A stretch of DNA of 64,000 bases from an uncultured Candidatus Entotheonella sp. (GCA_965215335.1 CBDCDA010000001.1:1792001-1856000), one strand, 5' to 3'; positions 20,626 through 30,372 are shown, counted from the stretch's first letter. Numbers and translations are program-made. The notes: generated from the letters alone by a model not told the origin.

Positions 20626-21069
20626 TTATTCCGCCGGGGTTTCGGCGGCTGTCTTCTCGGGGGCTGCGTCGGCTTCTGCGCACACCGGGGATTCGCCATG
20701 CGACGGCTCCGGTGCAACGGCCGCCTCGGCCGGCGCCTCGTCCTGCGGTGCCGCCGTGGGATGAATGCCGGTGATCTTCAGGGCGGTCAGGCTCTGCCGG
20801 TGACCCTGTTTGCGACGGTAACCTTTGCGGCGCTTGTGCTTGAAGACGATGATTTTCTTGCCTCGCTTCTGGGCAACGATCTGCGCCTCGACCCACGCGT
20901 CGTCCAGCCTCGGGGTGCCGACCGACACGGCCTGCCCCTCGCCGCCAATCATCATGACGTGGTCCAGAGCGATCGTCTGGCCGACCTCGCCGGTGAGTTT
21001 TTCCACCTCGACCCTGTCGCCCGGGCTAACCCGATATTGCTTGCCACCTGTTGCGACGACTGCGTACAT
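20626..21069 (-). CDS. rplU: 50S ribosomal protein L21 with acidic Ala/Pro/Glu C-terminal extension
   Basis: MYAVVATGGKQYRV...KRRKGYRRKQGHRQ. Confidence 0.96.
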   Translation of the reverse strand: MYAVVATGGKQYRVSPGDRVEVEKLTGEVGQTIALDHVMMIGGEGQAVSVGTPRLDDAWVEAQIVAQKRGKKIIVFKHKRRKGYRRKQGHRQSLTALKITGIHPTAAPQDEAPAEAAVAPEPSHGESPVCAEADAAPEKTAAETPAE

Positions 21070-21731
21070 AACGTCCATACCTCATGCTCAAAAACACCCT
21101 GGTCAAAATCGTCCGGTCTGTCCATTTTCCTGACAATATGAGGCCCGGACGGGCCTCTGTCGCGTCACCAACGCGCCGTCCGGCCCGTCAAAGGGTGCGA
21201 ATGATATCGGAGGGTCAGGCGCGTGTCAATTCAGCCGCACGGAATCCACCGCCAGCGCCACATCGACCACTTCCGCCGCCCCCGCGACGTTGATCCACAA
21301 CAAAGCCCCCAGCGCCAGCGTGAGAATTGTCATCTGGTGTTCTCCTTTGGAGACATCCCGGTTAAACATCCTGTTCGTCATGTCAGGGCTTCGCATAGCC
21401 AGGCGACTCGTGTGATAGTATGAACTACCCGACGCTAAAGACGCTAAAACCGAGCAAGAATAGCACGAGCGGCCGCGGTTGGCAGCCCGGTCACGATTTG
21501 ACGGTGGCGCCGCGGAAAATCCATCTACGTCAAGAGACGGTCTTGGACGTCACGACACACTTGTCTGTCCACAGGGTGGTATCGTGGCTATCATCCGGCG
21601 CGTGCGGGAAGCAGGCTGGGATCGCCTATGCGTTTGACGCACGGCTGGCGGCGTTTTGCCCGTTGTTCCGTGAGACGGCATGCGATAAGGTTTCAAACAT
21701 GGGTCGGCCCCACGCCAGAAAGGCAGGCAGA

Positions 21732-22391
21732 ATGCGACACTTTGGATGGCTGATCGCCGCGTTGCTCGCATGCCATCCGGCCACCGACGGGCTGTACGCC
21801 GCCATCCTGGCAGTGGATGGCCCGCCGAGCTCGCGCGGCGAGGCGGCGGCAATCATTACGGCGCCGGCATCGGTGCACGACGACGCGTTTTTCGCCGATG
21901 CCATGCGGGGCTTCGACGAGCGGCAGGGCGTGGTGCTGCGCAGGCGTCTGCTGGTGGACGGCGGCGCCATCGCGGCAGGCACGGCGGTGGACAGCCATCT
22001 GATCTTTCTGAGCCCCTACCCGGATCACCCTGCGCGCCACGCGGCGGTGTCGTGGCGCTTCAGCGGCCCGGTGCTAGGGGTCATGTCAGACACCCACTGC
22101 GAGTTGCACATGCGGTCTGACGAGCTGCTGGGCAACCCTGGCACCCACTATCCGGGCCGTTCGGTTTTCCGCGGCATGGAACGCCGCCTGGGGGACCATT
22201 ACCAGATCGTCGCCGAGACCATCACGGTTACCATGACCGTGCCGCAGATTGGCGACTGGATTCGCGTGATCACGGCGGCCGGTTATCCCGCCGCGCACTC
22301 GGGAAAGGACGACTATGGATTTTACGGTACGGAAGCTGACACCCAGCGTCGGCGCGGAAATCAGTGGCCTCGACCTTCGCCAGCCGCTTGA
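21732..22391 (+). CDS. Hypothetical exported protein
   Basis: Signal-peptide-like start MRHFGWLIAALLAC; globular-looking body (VDSHLIFL, FSGPVLGVMSD, LGNPGTHYPG, RGME, GDWIRVITA). The 3' end overlaps the next gene by 77 nt. Confidence 0.55.
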   Translation: MRHFGWLIAALLACHPATDGLYAAILAVDGPPSSRGEAAAIITAPASVHDDAFFADAMRGFDERQGVVLRRRLLVDGGAIAAGTAVDSHLIFLSPYPDHPARHAAVSWRFSGPVLGVMSDTHCELHMRSDELLGNPGTHYPGRSVFRGMERRLGDHYQIVAETITVTMTVPQIGDWIRVITAAGYPAAHSGKDDYGFYGTEADTQRRRGNQWPRPSPAA

Positions 22392-23175
22392 CCCGGACAC
22401 CATGGCCGAGGTGCGCAAGGTATGGCTGGCCAATGTGGTGGTGGTATTTCCCGAGCAGCCCATCGACGATGAGCAGCAGATCGCCTTCAGCCGCCAAGTG
22501 GGGGATCTGGAACTCATCAACATGTCCGCCCTGCAAATGCCCGGCAGGCCGGAGATATACACGGCCACCAACCTGGACGAAAACGATGAGTTCATGCCGC
22601 CCGATCATCCCGTCATGCAGGTGAATCACGACAATCGCAAATGGCACTCGGACAGCTCATTCAAGCGTGTGCCGGCCATGGCGTCGTTGTTGCATGCCCG
22701 CATCGTGCCGCCGGTCGGCGGCGACACGGCGTTCGCCAACATGGCCGCCGCCTATGAGGCATTGTCGGACGACACGAAGGCGAAACTCGAGGGGCTGGTA
22801 GCGGTGCACAACTTCTACTGGTCACGACGCGACGTCCAGGTGACGGCATTCACGCAGGAAGAAACCAACGCGCTGCCGCCGGTGCGGCATCCGGTGGTGT
22901 GGCGACACCCGGAAACCGGGCGCCCGGCCCTGTACGTGGGCTCGCACACCGAATCCATCGAGGGGATGGCGTGGAACGCGGGGCGGGAGCTGATCGACGG
23001 CCTCATCCAGCACGCCACGCAGCCCCGGTTTGTGCATCAGCACGCCTGGCGCGTCGGCGACCTGGTGTGGTGGGACAACCGCGCCGCCCTGCACTGCGGC
23101 ATGCCATTCGACATCGCCCGGCACAAGCGGCGCATGCATCGCACGACGGTCGCCGGCACCGGGCCGACCCTGTAA
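22315..23175 (+). CDS. TauD/TfdA family Fe(II)/2-oxoglutarate dioxygenase
   Basis: GAEISGLDL, WHSDSSF (HxD), GGDT.F, HP.V..HPETG, WDNR..LH and R.MHRTT. Confidence 0.92.
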   Translation: MDFTVRKLTPSVGAEISGLDLRQPLDPDTMAEVRKVWLANVVVVFPEQPIDDEQQIAFSRQVGDLELINMSALQMPGRPEIYTATNLDENDEFMPPDHPVMQVNHDNRKWHSDSSFKRVPAMASLLHARIVPPVGGDTAFANMAAAYEALSDDTKAKLEGLVAVHNFYWSRRDVQVTAFTQEETNALPPVRHPVVWRHPETGRPALYVGSHTESIEGMAWNAGRELIDGLIQHATQPRFVHQHAWRVGDLVWWDNRAALHCGMPFDIARHKRRMHRTTVAGTGPTL

Positions 23176-23904
23176 CTACGCCGGCGTGTACTTCCCGAGG
23201 AAGCGTCCCACGGCCTGCATGGCCGCGGCGTGGTGCTCGGGCTCCTTCCACTTCTCCACGTAGGTGGAGTTGGGCGCCAGGGCGTGCACGTCCTTGGACG
23301 AAATCCCGGGGTGATGCAGGTCGTTCCCCGGCATCACCAGCAGCGGCGTCTGGCAGGCGCTCACGAAATCCCGCGAGGCGTTGAAGAGGAAATCCCCGCT
23401 GTACATGGATGTCTTGAACGCTTCCCAGGCGTCCGCACTCACCTCCGGGCGATTCGGCTTCAGGTCGTTCGCCCAGCTGTCGAACATGTCGAAGAAGGCT
23501 TGCCGGTTGTTGTCCAGGCCAATCGTCTGAAACAATACGGCTGAAGCCACTCGCTCCGGCGCTTCCCGGATCAATCCCATGATGTAGGGCCCGCCGATAC
23601 ACATGCCGATGACGTGAAAACGCTCGACGCCCAGGTGGTCGAGCAGGGCGAGTTGGTCCTGCGTGTACACGTGCCAGCTATCGTCGGCGCTGACCGGGGC
23701 CACCGAACTGCCGGCGTTGCGCTGATCCATGGCGATGACCCGGTAATTCGGCGACAGATGCGTAATCGGGTTCCACGGCGTCGTTTCCCAATACGACACC
23801 GCCGAGCGCATGCCGCCGGGGGCGATCAGCAGCACCGGGAAGCCGGCGCCGTGCGTTTCGTAGTAAAGCTTGATGGCGTCACGTTCGAAGAACGACATTT
23901 TCAT
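23176..23904 (-). CDS. Alpha/beta hydrolase with Cys at the nucleophile elbow
   Basis: YYETHGAGFPVLL, MDQRNAG, GMCIGG and PLLVMPGNDLHH. Confidence 0.85.
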   Translation of the reverse strand: MKMSFFERDAIKLYYETHGAGFPVLLIAPGGMRSAVSYWETTPWNPITHLSPNYRVIAMDQRNAGSSVAPVSADDSWHVYTQDQLALLDHLGVERFHVIGMCIGGPYIMGLIREAPERVASAVLFQTIGLDNNRQAFFDMFDSWANDLKPNRPEVSADAWEAFKTSMYSGDFLFNASRDFVSACQTPLLVMPGNDLHHPGISSKDVHALAPNSTYVEKWKEPEHHAAAMQAVGRFLGKYTPA

Positions 23905-23961
23905 CCCCCATGTGAATGCAGGCCGGATTCGCGCAGCGTAATCCGACATTTCCGCTTGCTG

Positions 23962-24393
23962 TCAAACCCGCTCCAGCACAACGACCGGAATCTCCCGTTC
24001 GGTCTTGGTCTGATATTCGTTGTAAGGCGGCCAGATTTCGGCCATTCGGTTCCACAAGCCGGCGCGTTCGTCATCTGAAGCGGTGCGGGCGCGGGCCGCG
24101 AAGCGCTCGGCGCCCACTTGTACCTGTACGGCGGGGTCAGCGACGAGGTTGACGTACCAGCCGGGGTGCTGCGGGTGGCCGCCCTTCGAGGCCACGATCA
24201 CATGATGATCACCGTGGGTGCCATAGATGAGCGGCAGCATCAGCGATCTGCCGGTGCGGCGCCCGGTAGTGGTCAGCAGCAGCGTCGGCACGCCCCGCCA
24301 CACGTGTCCGTCCTCACCGTTGGTGGCGAGATATGTCTCCATGTGCTCGACCATCCAGTCGGCAAGTTGACGCGGCTGGTTCTCTTCGCTCAT
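23962..24393 (-). CDS. Deazaflavin (F420)-dependent nitroreductase, Ddn/FDOR-A family
   Basis: LLLTTTGRRTG, VASKGG...HPGWY.NL.A.P and YQ.KT.REIPVVVL. Confidence 0.9.
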   Translation of the reverse strand: MSEENQPRQLADWMVEHMETYLATNGEDGHVWRGVPTLLLTTTGRRTGRSLMLPLIYGTHGDHHVIVASKGGHPQHPGWYVNLVADPAVQVQVGAERFAARARTASDDERAGLWNRMAEIWPPYNEYQTKTEREIPVVVLERV

Positions 24394-24573
24394 GACCTTT
24401 TACCCCCTTTCGCATGAGATGGCTGGCGGCGGTGCGCCGCCGGATGAGGACCACAGCATAGGCACATCAGAGGGCCATTTCAAGCGCGCCAGGGCCGGTT
24501 GACCGGCTCGCGGGACAAACGTAGCATGCGGCGATATTCGCGCCGTGGGGAACACGGAAGGGGCAGGGCAGGC

Positions 24574-25731
24574 ATGAACCAAACCATCGGGAAGGGGGGT
24601 CGCAAGTTGCAAGTCGTCGTTGTCGGAGCGGGAATTCTGGGCGCCTCGATCGCTTATCACCTCACCCTGCATGGCGTGCGGGTGACGATTGTCGATGCCA
24701 ACCAGCCCGGTGAAGGGGCAACGCGCGTGGCGTTCGCGTGGCTGAACGCCTACGGCAAGACGCCGTTTTCGTATCATGATCTCAACCGCCGGTCGATCGA
24801 CATGTGGGCTGGCTTCGCGCGTCGTCTGGGTATCGACGTCACCTGGGGCGGCGAGTTGCGCTGGGCGGCGACGGCAGACGGCGCCGCGGCGTTGGCCGCC
24901 CAGGCGGAAGTGATGCGAGCGTGGGGCTATCCGACGCGCATTCTGGAGGCCGTCGAGGTGCGACAGTTGGAGCCGGATTTGCAATTCGATGGGTTTGCCG
25001 CCGCCTCGTACACCTACAGCGACGGGCACGTCGATACCGCCGCGGTGGTACGGGCGTGCCTGGCGATAGCGCGTGAACGGGGCGCGGTGGTGCGTGCGGG
25101 GTCGGCGGTGACGGCTGTAGAGATCGACCGTGGCCATGCGGGCGCAGCGCGGGCCGCAGGAGTGCGCGTCGGCAAGGAGGCGATGCCCTGCGACGTCGTC
25201 GTGCTGGCCGGCGGGGCGGACATGCCGGCGCTGGCGGAAATGACCGGCATACAGGTGCCGCACTACCACACCTTCGGAGCCACATTGCTGACACGGCCGC
25301 TGCCACCGCTGTTCAAGAACATCGCCGTGCTGCACTCGCCGCGCGAACGCCAGCCCTTGATCAACGTGCGCCAGTTGCCCAACGGCGCGGTCATGGTGCA
25401 AAGCGGTGCGCCGGACAACACCCGGGAAGGCGACCGCGGCGCCACGGACGCGGAGGCGGTGCAGATTGCCGCGGACGCGAAGGCCGTGCTGCCGGTGCTG
25501 CGGGACGTCGAGGTCGCCGAGGTTCGGCGGGGCCGGCGGCCGATTCCGAAGGACGGCAGGTCCATCGTCGGATTCGCGCCGGAGGTGGCCAACGTGTACG
25601 TCGCCACCACCCACAGCGGGGTGACGCTGACGCCGTTGATCGGCGCCTTGGCGGCGATTGAAATCGCGCACGGGGCGCGGGTGGAGGTGCTGGCGCCGTT
25701 TCGGCCCGAGCGGTTCGGAAACTCGGTGTGA
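24574..25731 (+). CDS. FAD-dependent oxidoreductase (DAO/DadA family)
   Basis: VVGAGILGAS.AY.L, ATRVAFAWLN, RP.PKDG and THSGVTL.P motifs. Confidence 0.88.
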   Translation: MNQTIGKGGRKLQVVVVGAGILGASIAYHLTLHGVRVTIVDANQPGEGATRVAFAWLNAYGKTPFSYHDLNRRSIDMWAGFARRLGIDVTWGGELRWAATADGAAALAAQAEVMRAWGYPTRILEAVEVRQLEPDLQFDGFAAASYTYSDGHVDTAAVVRACLAIARERGAVVRAGSAVTAVEIDRGHAGAARAAGVRVGKEAMPCDVVVLAGGADMPALAEMTGIQVPHYHTFGATLLTRPLPPLFKNIAVLHSPRERQPLINVRQLPNGAVMVQSGAPDNTREGDRGATDAEAVQIAADAKAVLPVLRDVEVAEVRRGRRPIPKDGRSIVGFAPEVANVYVATTHSGVTLTPLIGALAAIEIAHGARVEVLAPFRPERFGNSV

Positions 25732-25819
25732 CACCCGTCTGGACCTGATCGTCCGAGGCGCTTATACTGGCAGCCCTCTTTCAGCCTCCCAAACCGCTCC
25801 GGACGGAGAACCCCCTTCC

Positions 25820-28800
25820 ATGCACTTTGAATCGCGACTCTGGGCCTTCACCGAAGGACTGCGGCTGCGCATCGTGTACGCCGTGGTCATCGGGCTGGCG
25901 GCGACGGCGTTCGGCATTGCGCGGCTGGCGCTGTTGGGCTGGCTCATCGGGCGCCTCTGGCTGGCAAGCGTTGAGGGCGACGGATTCGGCGACCTGTTGC
26001 TGCCGCTGGTGGCGGTGGGGCTGGTAATCGTGCTGCGCGGAGCGCTGGAGCACTGGCGAGCCATCGTGGCGCACGAGACCGCCGCCAGGGTGCAGTTGCA
26101 CCTGCGCCGCCTCCTGTTCGCCAAGGTGACCGAGCTCGGCCCCGGCTACGTCGCCCAGCAGCGGTCCGGCGACGTCACGCTGTCGCTGGTTGATGGCGTG
26201 GAACAACTCGAGGTGTATTTCGGCCAGTACCTGCCCCAGCTCACGGTATCGCTGCTGACGCCGCTGCTGATTTTTGCCTGCATCGCCTGGCTCGATCTGG
26301 TCGTCGCCGCGGTGGTGCTGGTCTTTGCCCTGATCGCCCTGTTCGCACCCGCGGTGTGGCACCATCTCGACTCTCGCAAATCTATCGAGCGCCGCCGCGC
26401 CTATGGCGCCTTCGCCGCCGAGCTGCTCGATTCCATCCAGGGGCTCGCGACCCTCAAAGCCTTCGGGCAGAGCGAGCCCAGAGCCGACACCCTGGCGGTG
26501 CGGGCGCGCGAGCTGTTCCGTTCGACCATGTGGGTGCTGGCGACCAATTCCCTGGGCCGCGGCGTCACCGACAGTTCCATCGCCGTGGGAGCCGCAACGG
26601 CGCTCGGCGTCGGCGCGTTTCGCGTCGCCGCCGGCGACATGGAATTGTCGGCCTTGCTGATTATTCTGATGCTTGGTGTCGAGGTCTACCGCCCCATGCG
26701 CGATCTGCGAACCGTCTTGCACCAGGGCATGAACGGCCTGTCCGCGGCGCAGGGCATCTACCGGCTGCTGGACGGTGTGCCGCAGGTGCGTGACGCCGAG
26801 GCAACCGGCGCCCCCGCATCCTTGTCGCCCGACATCGTGTTCGACAACGTGACCTTCCGATACCCCGGCGCCCAGCGCACCACGCACCGCAACCTGAGCT
26901 TCACGGTGTCAGCGGGCGAACGCGTTGGCATCGTGGGGCCGAGCGGCTGCGGCAAGTCTTCCATCGTGCGCCTGCTTCTGCGCTTCTACGCCCCCGACGC
27001 TGGCGACATCCGTATTGGTGGCTACCGCCTGCGAGACCTGCCGTTCGCCGCCATCCGCAGCCAGGTCGCCGTGGTGTCGCAGGACACCTATCTGTTCCAC
27101 GGCAACATCGAAGACAACATCCGCATGGGACGACCGGACGCCTCGCATGACGAGATCGTGGCTGCTGCCAGCGCCGCCAACATCCACGGCTTCGTCGGCT
27201 CGTTGCCCGATGGCTACCAGACCCTGATCGGCGAAAAGGGCATCAAGCTCAGCGGCGGGCAGCGGCAGCGGGTGGCCATCGCCCGCGCTTTGCTGCGCGA
27301 CGCGCCGATCCTGGTGCTCGACGAGGCGCTGTCGGCGGTGGATGCCGAAAACGAGGCCGTCATTCAGAACGCCCTCGACCGCCTGATGCGCGACCGTACG
27401 GTGCTCATCCTGGCGCACCGGCTGTCGAGCGTCATTGACTGCGACCGCATCCTCGCCCTGGACGACGGCCACATCGTGGAGAGCGGCGACCACGCCGCCC
27501 TGATGGCCGCCGGCAACGTGTATCATCGCCTGATGGCGGAGCAGGTGCGGGATACCGACGCCTATCACGGCAACGGCCACGTCAACGGGGCCGGCCGCAA
27601 GCCGACCGAGGACGTCACCATGCCGATCGACGCCACCAATCCGCTGGACCGCCCGACCGAGGGCATTCTGAAGGCCGAGGGTATGGCGTGGCCCGAGGTG
27701 GTGGGCGAGTTGCTGCGGCTCATCGTGCCGTGGAAGGGCAAGCTGACGCTCACCTTCCTGTTCGGCGTCTTGCGGGTGGTCGGCTTCATCGGCGTCGGGG
27801 TGCTGAGCGCCCTGGTCATTCTGGCGCTGAAGACGGGCCAGCCGTTCAGCGGCTACCTGTGGGCGCTGGCCGCGGTGGCGCCGCTCGCCGGCGTGCTGCA
27901 CTGGCTGGAAAGCTGGATGGCGCACGACATGGCCTTCCGCCTGCTCGCCGAGATGCGGATCGATTTCTTTCGCAAGCTGGACCAGCTGGCGCCCGCTTAT
28001 CTGGTACGGCGGCGCACCGGCGACCTGATGGGCGTCGCCACCCAAGACATCGAACTGATCGAGTACTTTTTCGCCCACACCATTGCCCCCGCCTGCCTGG
28101 CCATCCTGGCCCCCGGCGTGGTGCTGCTGGTGCTGACCTGGCACAGCCCGTGGCTGGCGCTCACCCTGGCGCCGTTCCTGCTCATCGTCGCGCTGAGCCC
28201 GCTGGCCATGCGGCACCGGGTAGACGAACTCGGCTCCCGCGCCCGCGAGGCGGCGGGCGAGTTGAGCGCCCACGCGGTCGATACCGTACAGGGTCTGCAC
28301 GAGATCATCGCCTTCCAACACGAGCGTCGGCGCGGCGAGGAATTCCACGCCCTGGGCGAACGGCACATCCGCCTGCGGCTGCCTTTCTTCCGCCAACTGA
28401 CCCTGCAGCAGTCCCTGCTGGAGGTGATGACCGGCCTCGGCGGCTTGTCGATCGTCGCCGTCGGCGGGGTGCTGACGACCAACGGCTACGTAGAGGCCGG
28501 CGTGCTGCCGCTGTTGACCATCCTGTCGCTGTCGGCCTTTCTGCCGGTTTCGGAAATCGCCCAGATCGGCCGGCAACTGGCCGACACGCTGGGCTCCACC
28601 CGCCGTGTCTGCGCCATCCACGCCGAAGCGGTCACCGTGCGCGACGGCCCCGGCGTGGCGAGCGACCACCGGGCCGGCGAGGCATCCCTGGAACTGCAGG
28701 ACGTTTCGTTTGCCTATCCCGGCATGTCGCGCCTGGCGCTGTCGCACGTCGATTGCGTCATTCCTTCCGGACACACGGTGGCGCTCGTCGGCACGTCCGG

Positions 28801-29428
28801 CGCCGGCAAGACCACCGCGGCGCACCTGCTGATGCGCTTCTGGGACCCTCGCTCCGGGCGCGTTCTGCTCAACGGCATCGACCTGCGCGAGTACGCCCTG
28901 GGCGACGTTCGCTCGCGGGTCGCGCTGGTAGCGCAAGACACCTATCTGTTCAATGACACGCTACGCCGCAACATCATGATCGCGCACCCGGCGGCCAGCG
29001 AGGACGAGCTGCAGCGCGCCGTGCAATACGCCTCGCTTGACGACGTGGTGGCGGCCCTGCCCGACGGGCTGGAGAGCCGTGTCGGCGAGCGCGGCATGAG
29101 CCTGTCCGGCGGCCAGCGCCAGCGCGTGGCCATCGCCCGCGCCTTCCTGAAAGACGCGCCGATCCTCATCCTCGACGAAGCCACCTCGCACCTGGACGCC
29201 ATCAACGAGCGCGCCGTGCGCAACGCCCTCGACCGCCTCAAGACCGACCGCACCACGATTGTCATCGCCCACCGCCTATCAACGATCCGCAACGCCGACC
29301 TGATCATCGTTCTCGACGCCGGGCGGGTCGCCGAGACCGGCACGCACGACGGCCTGCTGGCCGCAGGCGGCCTGTACGCGCAACTCGTGCAGCATCAGCT
29401 TTCCGCCGCCCACGAAGTCGCTACGTAA
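25820..29428 (+). CDS. Fused double ABC exporter (TMD-NBD-TMD-NBD, CydDC-like)
   Basis: Two Walker A motifs (GPSGCGKS, GTSGAGKT), two LSGGQRQR signatures and two TM domains. Start at MHFESR. Confidence 0.9.
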   Translation: MHFESRLWAFTEGLRLRIVYAVVIGLAATAFGIARLALLGWLIGRLWLASVEGDGFGDLLLPLVAVGLVIVLRGALEHWRAIVAHETAARVQLHLRRLLFAKVTELGPGYVAQQRSGDVTLSLVDGVEQLEVYFGQYLPQLTVSLLTPLLIFACIAWLDLVVAAVVLVFALIALFAPAVWHHLDSRKSIERRRAYGAFAAELLDSIQGLATLKAFGQSEPRADTLAVRARELFRSTMWVLATNSLGRGVTDSSIAVGAATALGVGAFRVAAGDMELSALLIILMLGVEVYRPMRDLRTVLHQGMNGLSAAQGIYRLLDGVPQVRDAEATGAPASLSPDIVFDNVTFRYPGAQRTTHRNLSFTVSAGERVGIVGPSGCGKSSIVRLLLRFYAPDAGDIRIGGYRLRDLPFAAIRSQVAVVSQDTYLFHGNIEDNIRMGRPDASHDEIVAAASAANIHGFVGSLPDGYQTLIGEKGIKLSGGQRQRVAIARALLRDAPILVLDEALSAVDAENEAVIQNALDRLMRDRTVLILAHRLSSVIDCDRILALDDGHIVESGDHAALMAAGNVYHRLMAEQVRDTDAYHGNGHVNGAGRKPTEDVTMPIDATNPLDRPTEGILKAEGMAWPEVVGELLRLIVPWKGKLTLTFLFGVLRVVGFIGVGVLSALVILALKTGQPFSGYLWALAAVAPLAGVLHWLESWMAHDMAFRLLAEMRIDFFRKLDQLAPAYLVRRRTGDLMGVATQDIELIEYFFAHTIAPACLAILAPGVVLLVLTWHSPWLALTLAPFLLIVALSPLAMRHRVDELGSRAREAAGELSAHAVDTVQGLHEIIAFQHERRRGEEFHALGERHIRLRLPFFRQLTLQQSLLEVMTGLGGLSIVAVGGVLTTNGYVEAGVLPLLTILSLSAFLPVSEIAQIGRQLADTLGSTRRVCAIHAEAVTVRDGPGVASDHRAGEASLELQDVSFAYPGMSRLALSHVDCVIPSGHTVALVGTSGAGKTTAAHLLMRFWDPRSGRVLLNGIDLREYALGDVRSRVALVAQDTYLFNDTLRRNIMIAHPAASEDELQRAVQYASLDDVVAALPDGLESRVGERGMSLSGGQRQRVAIARAFLKDAPILILDEATSHLDAINERAVRNALDRLKTDRTTIVIAHRLSTIRNADLIIVLDAGRVAETGTHDGLLAAGGLYAQLVQHQLSAAHEVAT

Positions 29429-29520
29429 CAAGCCAGGCGGCCAAGGCCGGCAAACCAGAAATCTCTCTCGGCCTTGTCGGGAGAGCGGATTGAAACAAAC
29501 ATTCACACGGAGGTGAGAAG

Positions 29521-30372
29521 ATGACCGCGGAAGGCTACACCCATCCCGAGCTGCTTTGCGACACGGAGTGGCTGGGAGACCATTTGGACGATCCCAACGT
29601 GCGCGTCGTGGATTGCGACCCGTTCATGGCGTACCGCCGCGGGCATATCCGCAACGCCGGGGCCATCACGGCCCCGCACCACTACGTCAAGGAACCCGGC
29701 TACGAGCGGGCGCCCAAGGCGCACCCGCTGGTCATGCCGCAGGAGCCGTTCACCGACCTGATGATGCGCATGGGCATCGACGAAAACACGACCGTCGTCA
29801 CCTACGACCAGTCGGCCAGCCTGTACGCCACGCGCTTCTGGTGGGTGCTGGGCCACTACGGCCACACCAACGTCAAGGTGCTCGACGGCGGCTGGCGCAA
29901 GTGGTTCGACGAAGGACGACCCCTGTCCATCGATCCGCCGCCGCCCCGGGACGTCCGGTGGGCGCCGCAACGCCAGCCCGATTGGGTCTGCACCCTTGCG
30001 GACGGACTGGCTGCGGTCGGCGACCCGGACACCATCTTCCTGGACGTGCGCTCACCGGCGGAATGGGACGGTAGCAACGACCGCGGCAACAACCGGGCCG
30101 GGCGCATCCCGGGCGCCGTCCACCTGGAGTGGATGGACCTCATGGACACCGACCGCTTTCGCAGTTTCCTGTCCGCCGACGAGATGCGGGCCATTCTGGC
30201 GGAGCGCGGCGTGACGCCGGACAAGAAGATCATTACGTACTGACAAGGTGGCATCCGTGCGGCGCACGGAATGTTTGTGTTGACGCTTCTCGGCTACCCG
30301 CAGGTTCGTAACTACGACGGCTCGATGAACGAGTGGGCCAACCGCGACGACACGCCGCTGGTGATCGAGTAG
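29521..30372 (+). CDS. Two-domain rhodanese/sulfurtransferase, probable selenoprotein (Sec241)
   Basis: The ORF track stops at TGA 30241-30243, but the frame continues [48 protein letters not shown] to TAG 30372. TGA occupies the catalytic Cys position (TYC.xG.RA), and the rhodanese C-terminal signature YDGSxxEW lies after it. Confidence 0.88.
30244..30282 (+). promoter_or_regulatory. Candidate bacterial SECIS element
   Basis: Upper stem TCCGTGC (30254-30260) / GCACGGA (30264-30270) with a G-starting GGC loop 17 nt after the UGA; extendable by GGCA/TGTT pairing around a bulged A. Confidence 0.7.

Noticed and set aside
19235..20896. 553-aa extended Obg
   Set aside because: The extension overlaps rplU and rpmA out of frame; the canonical MFVDE start is at 20236.
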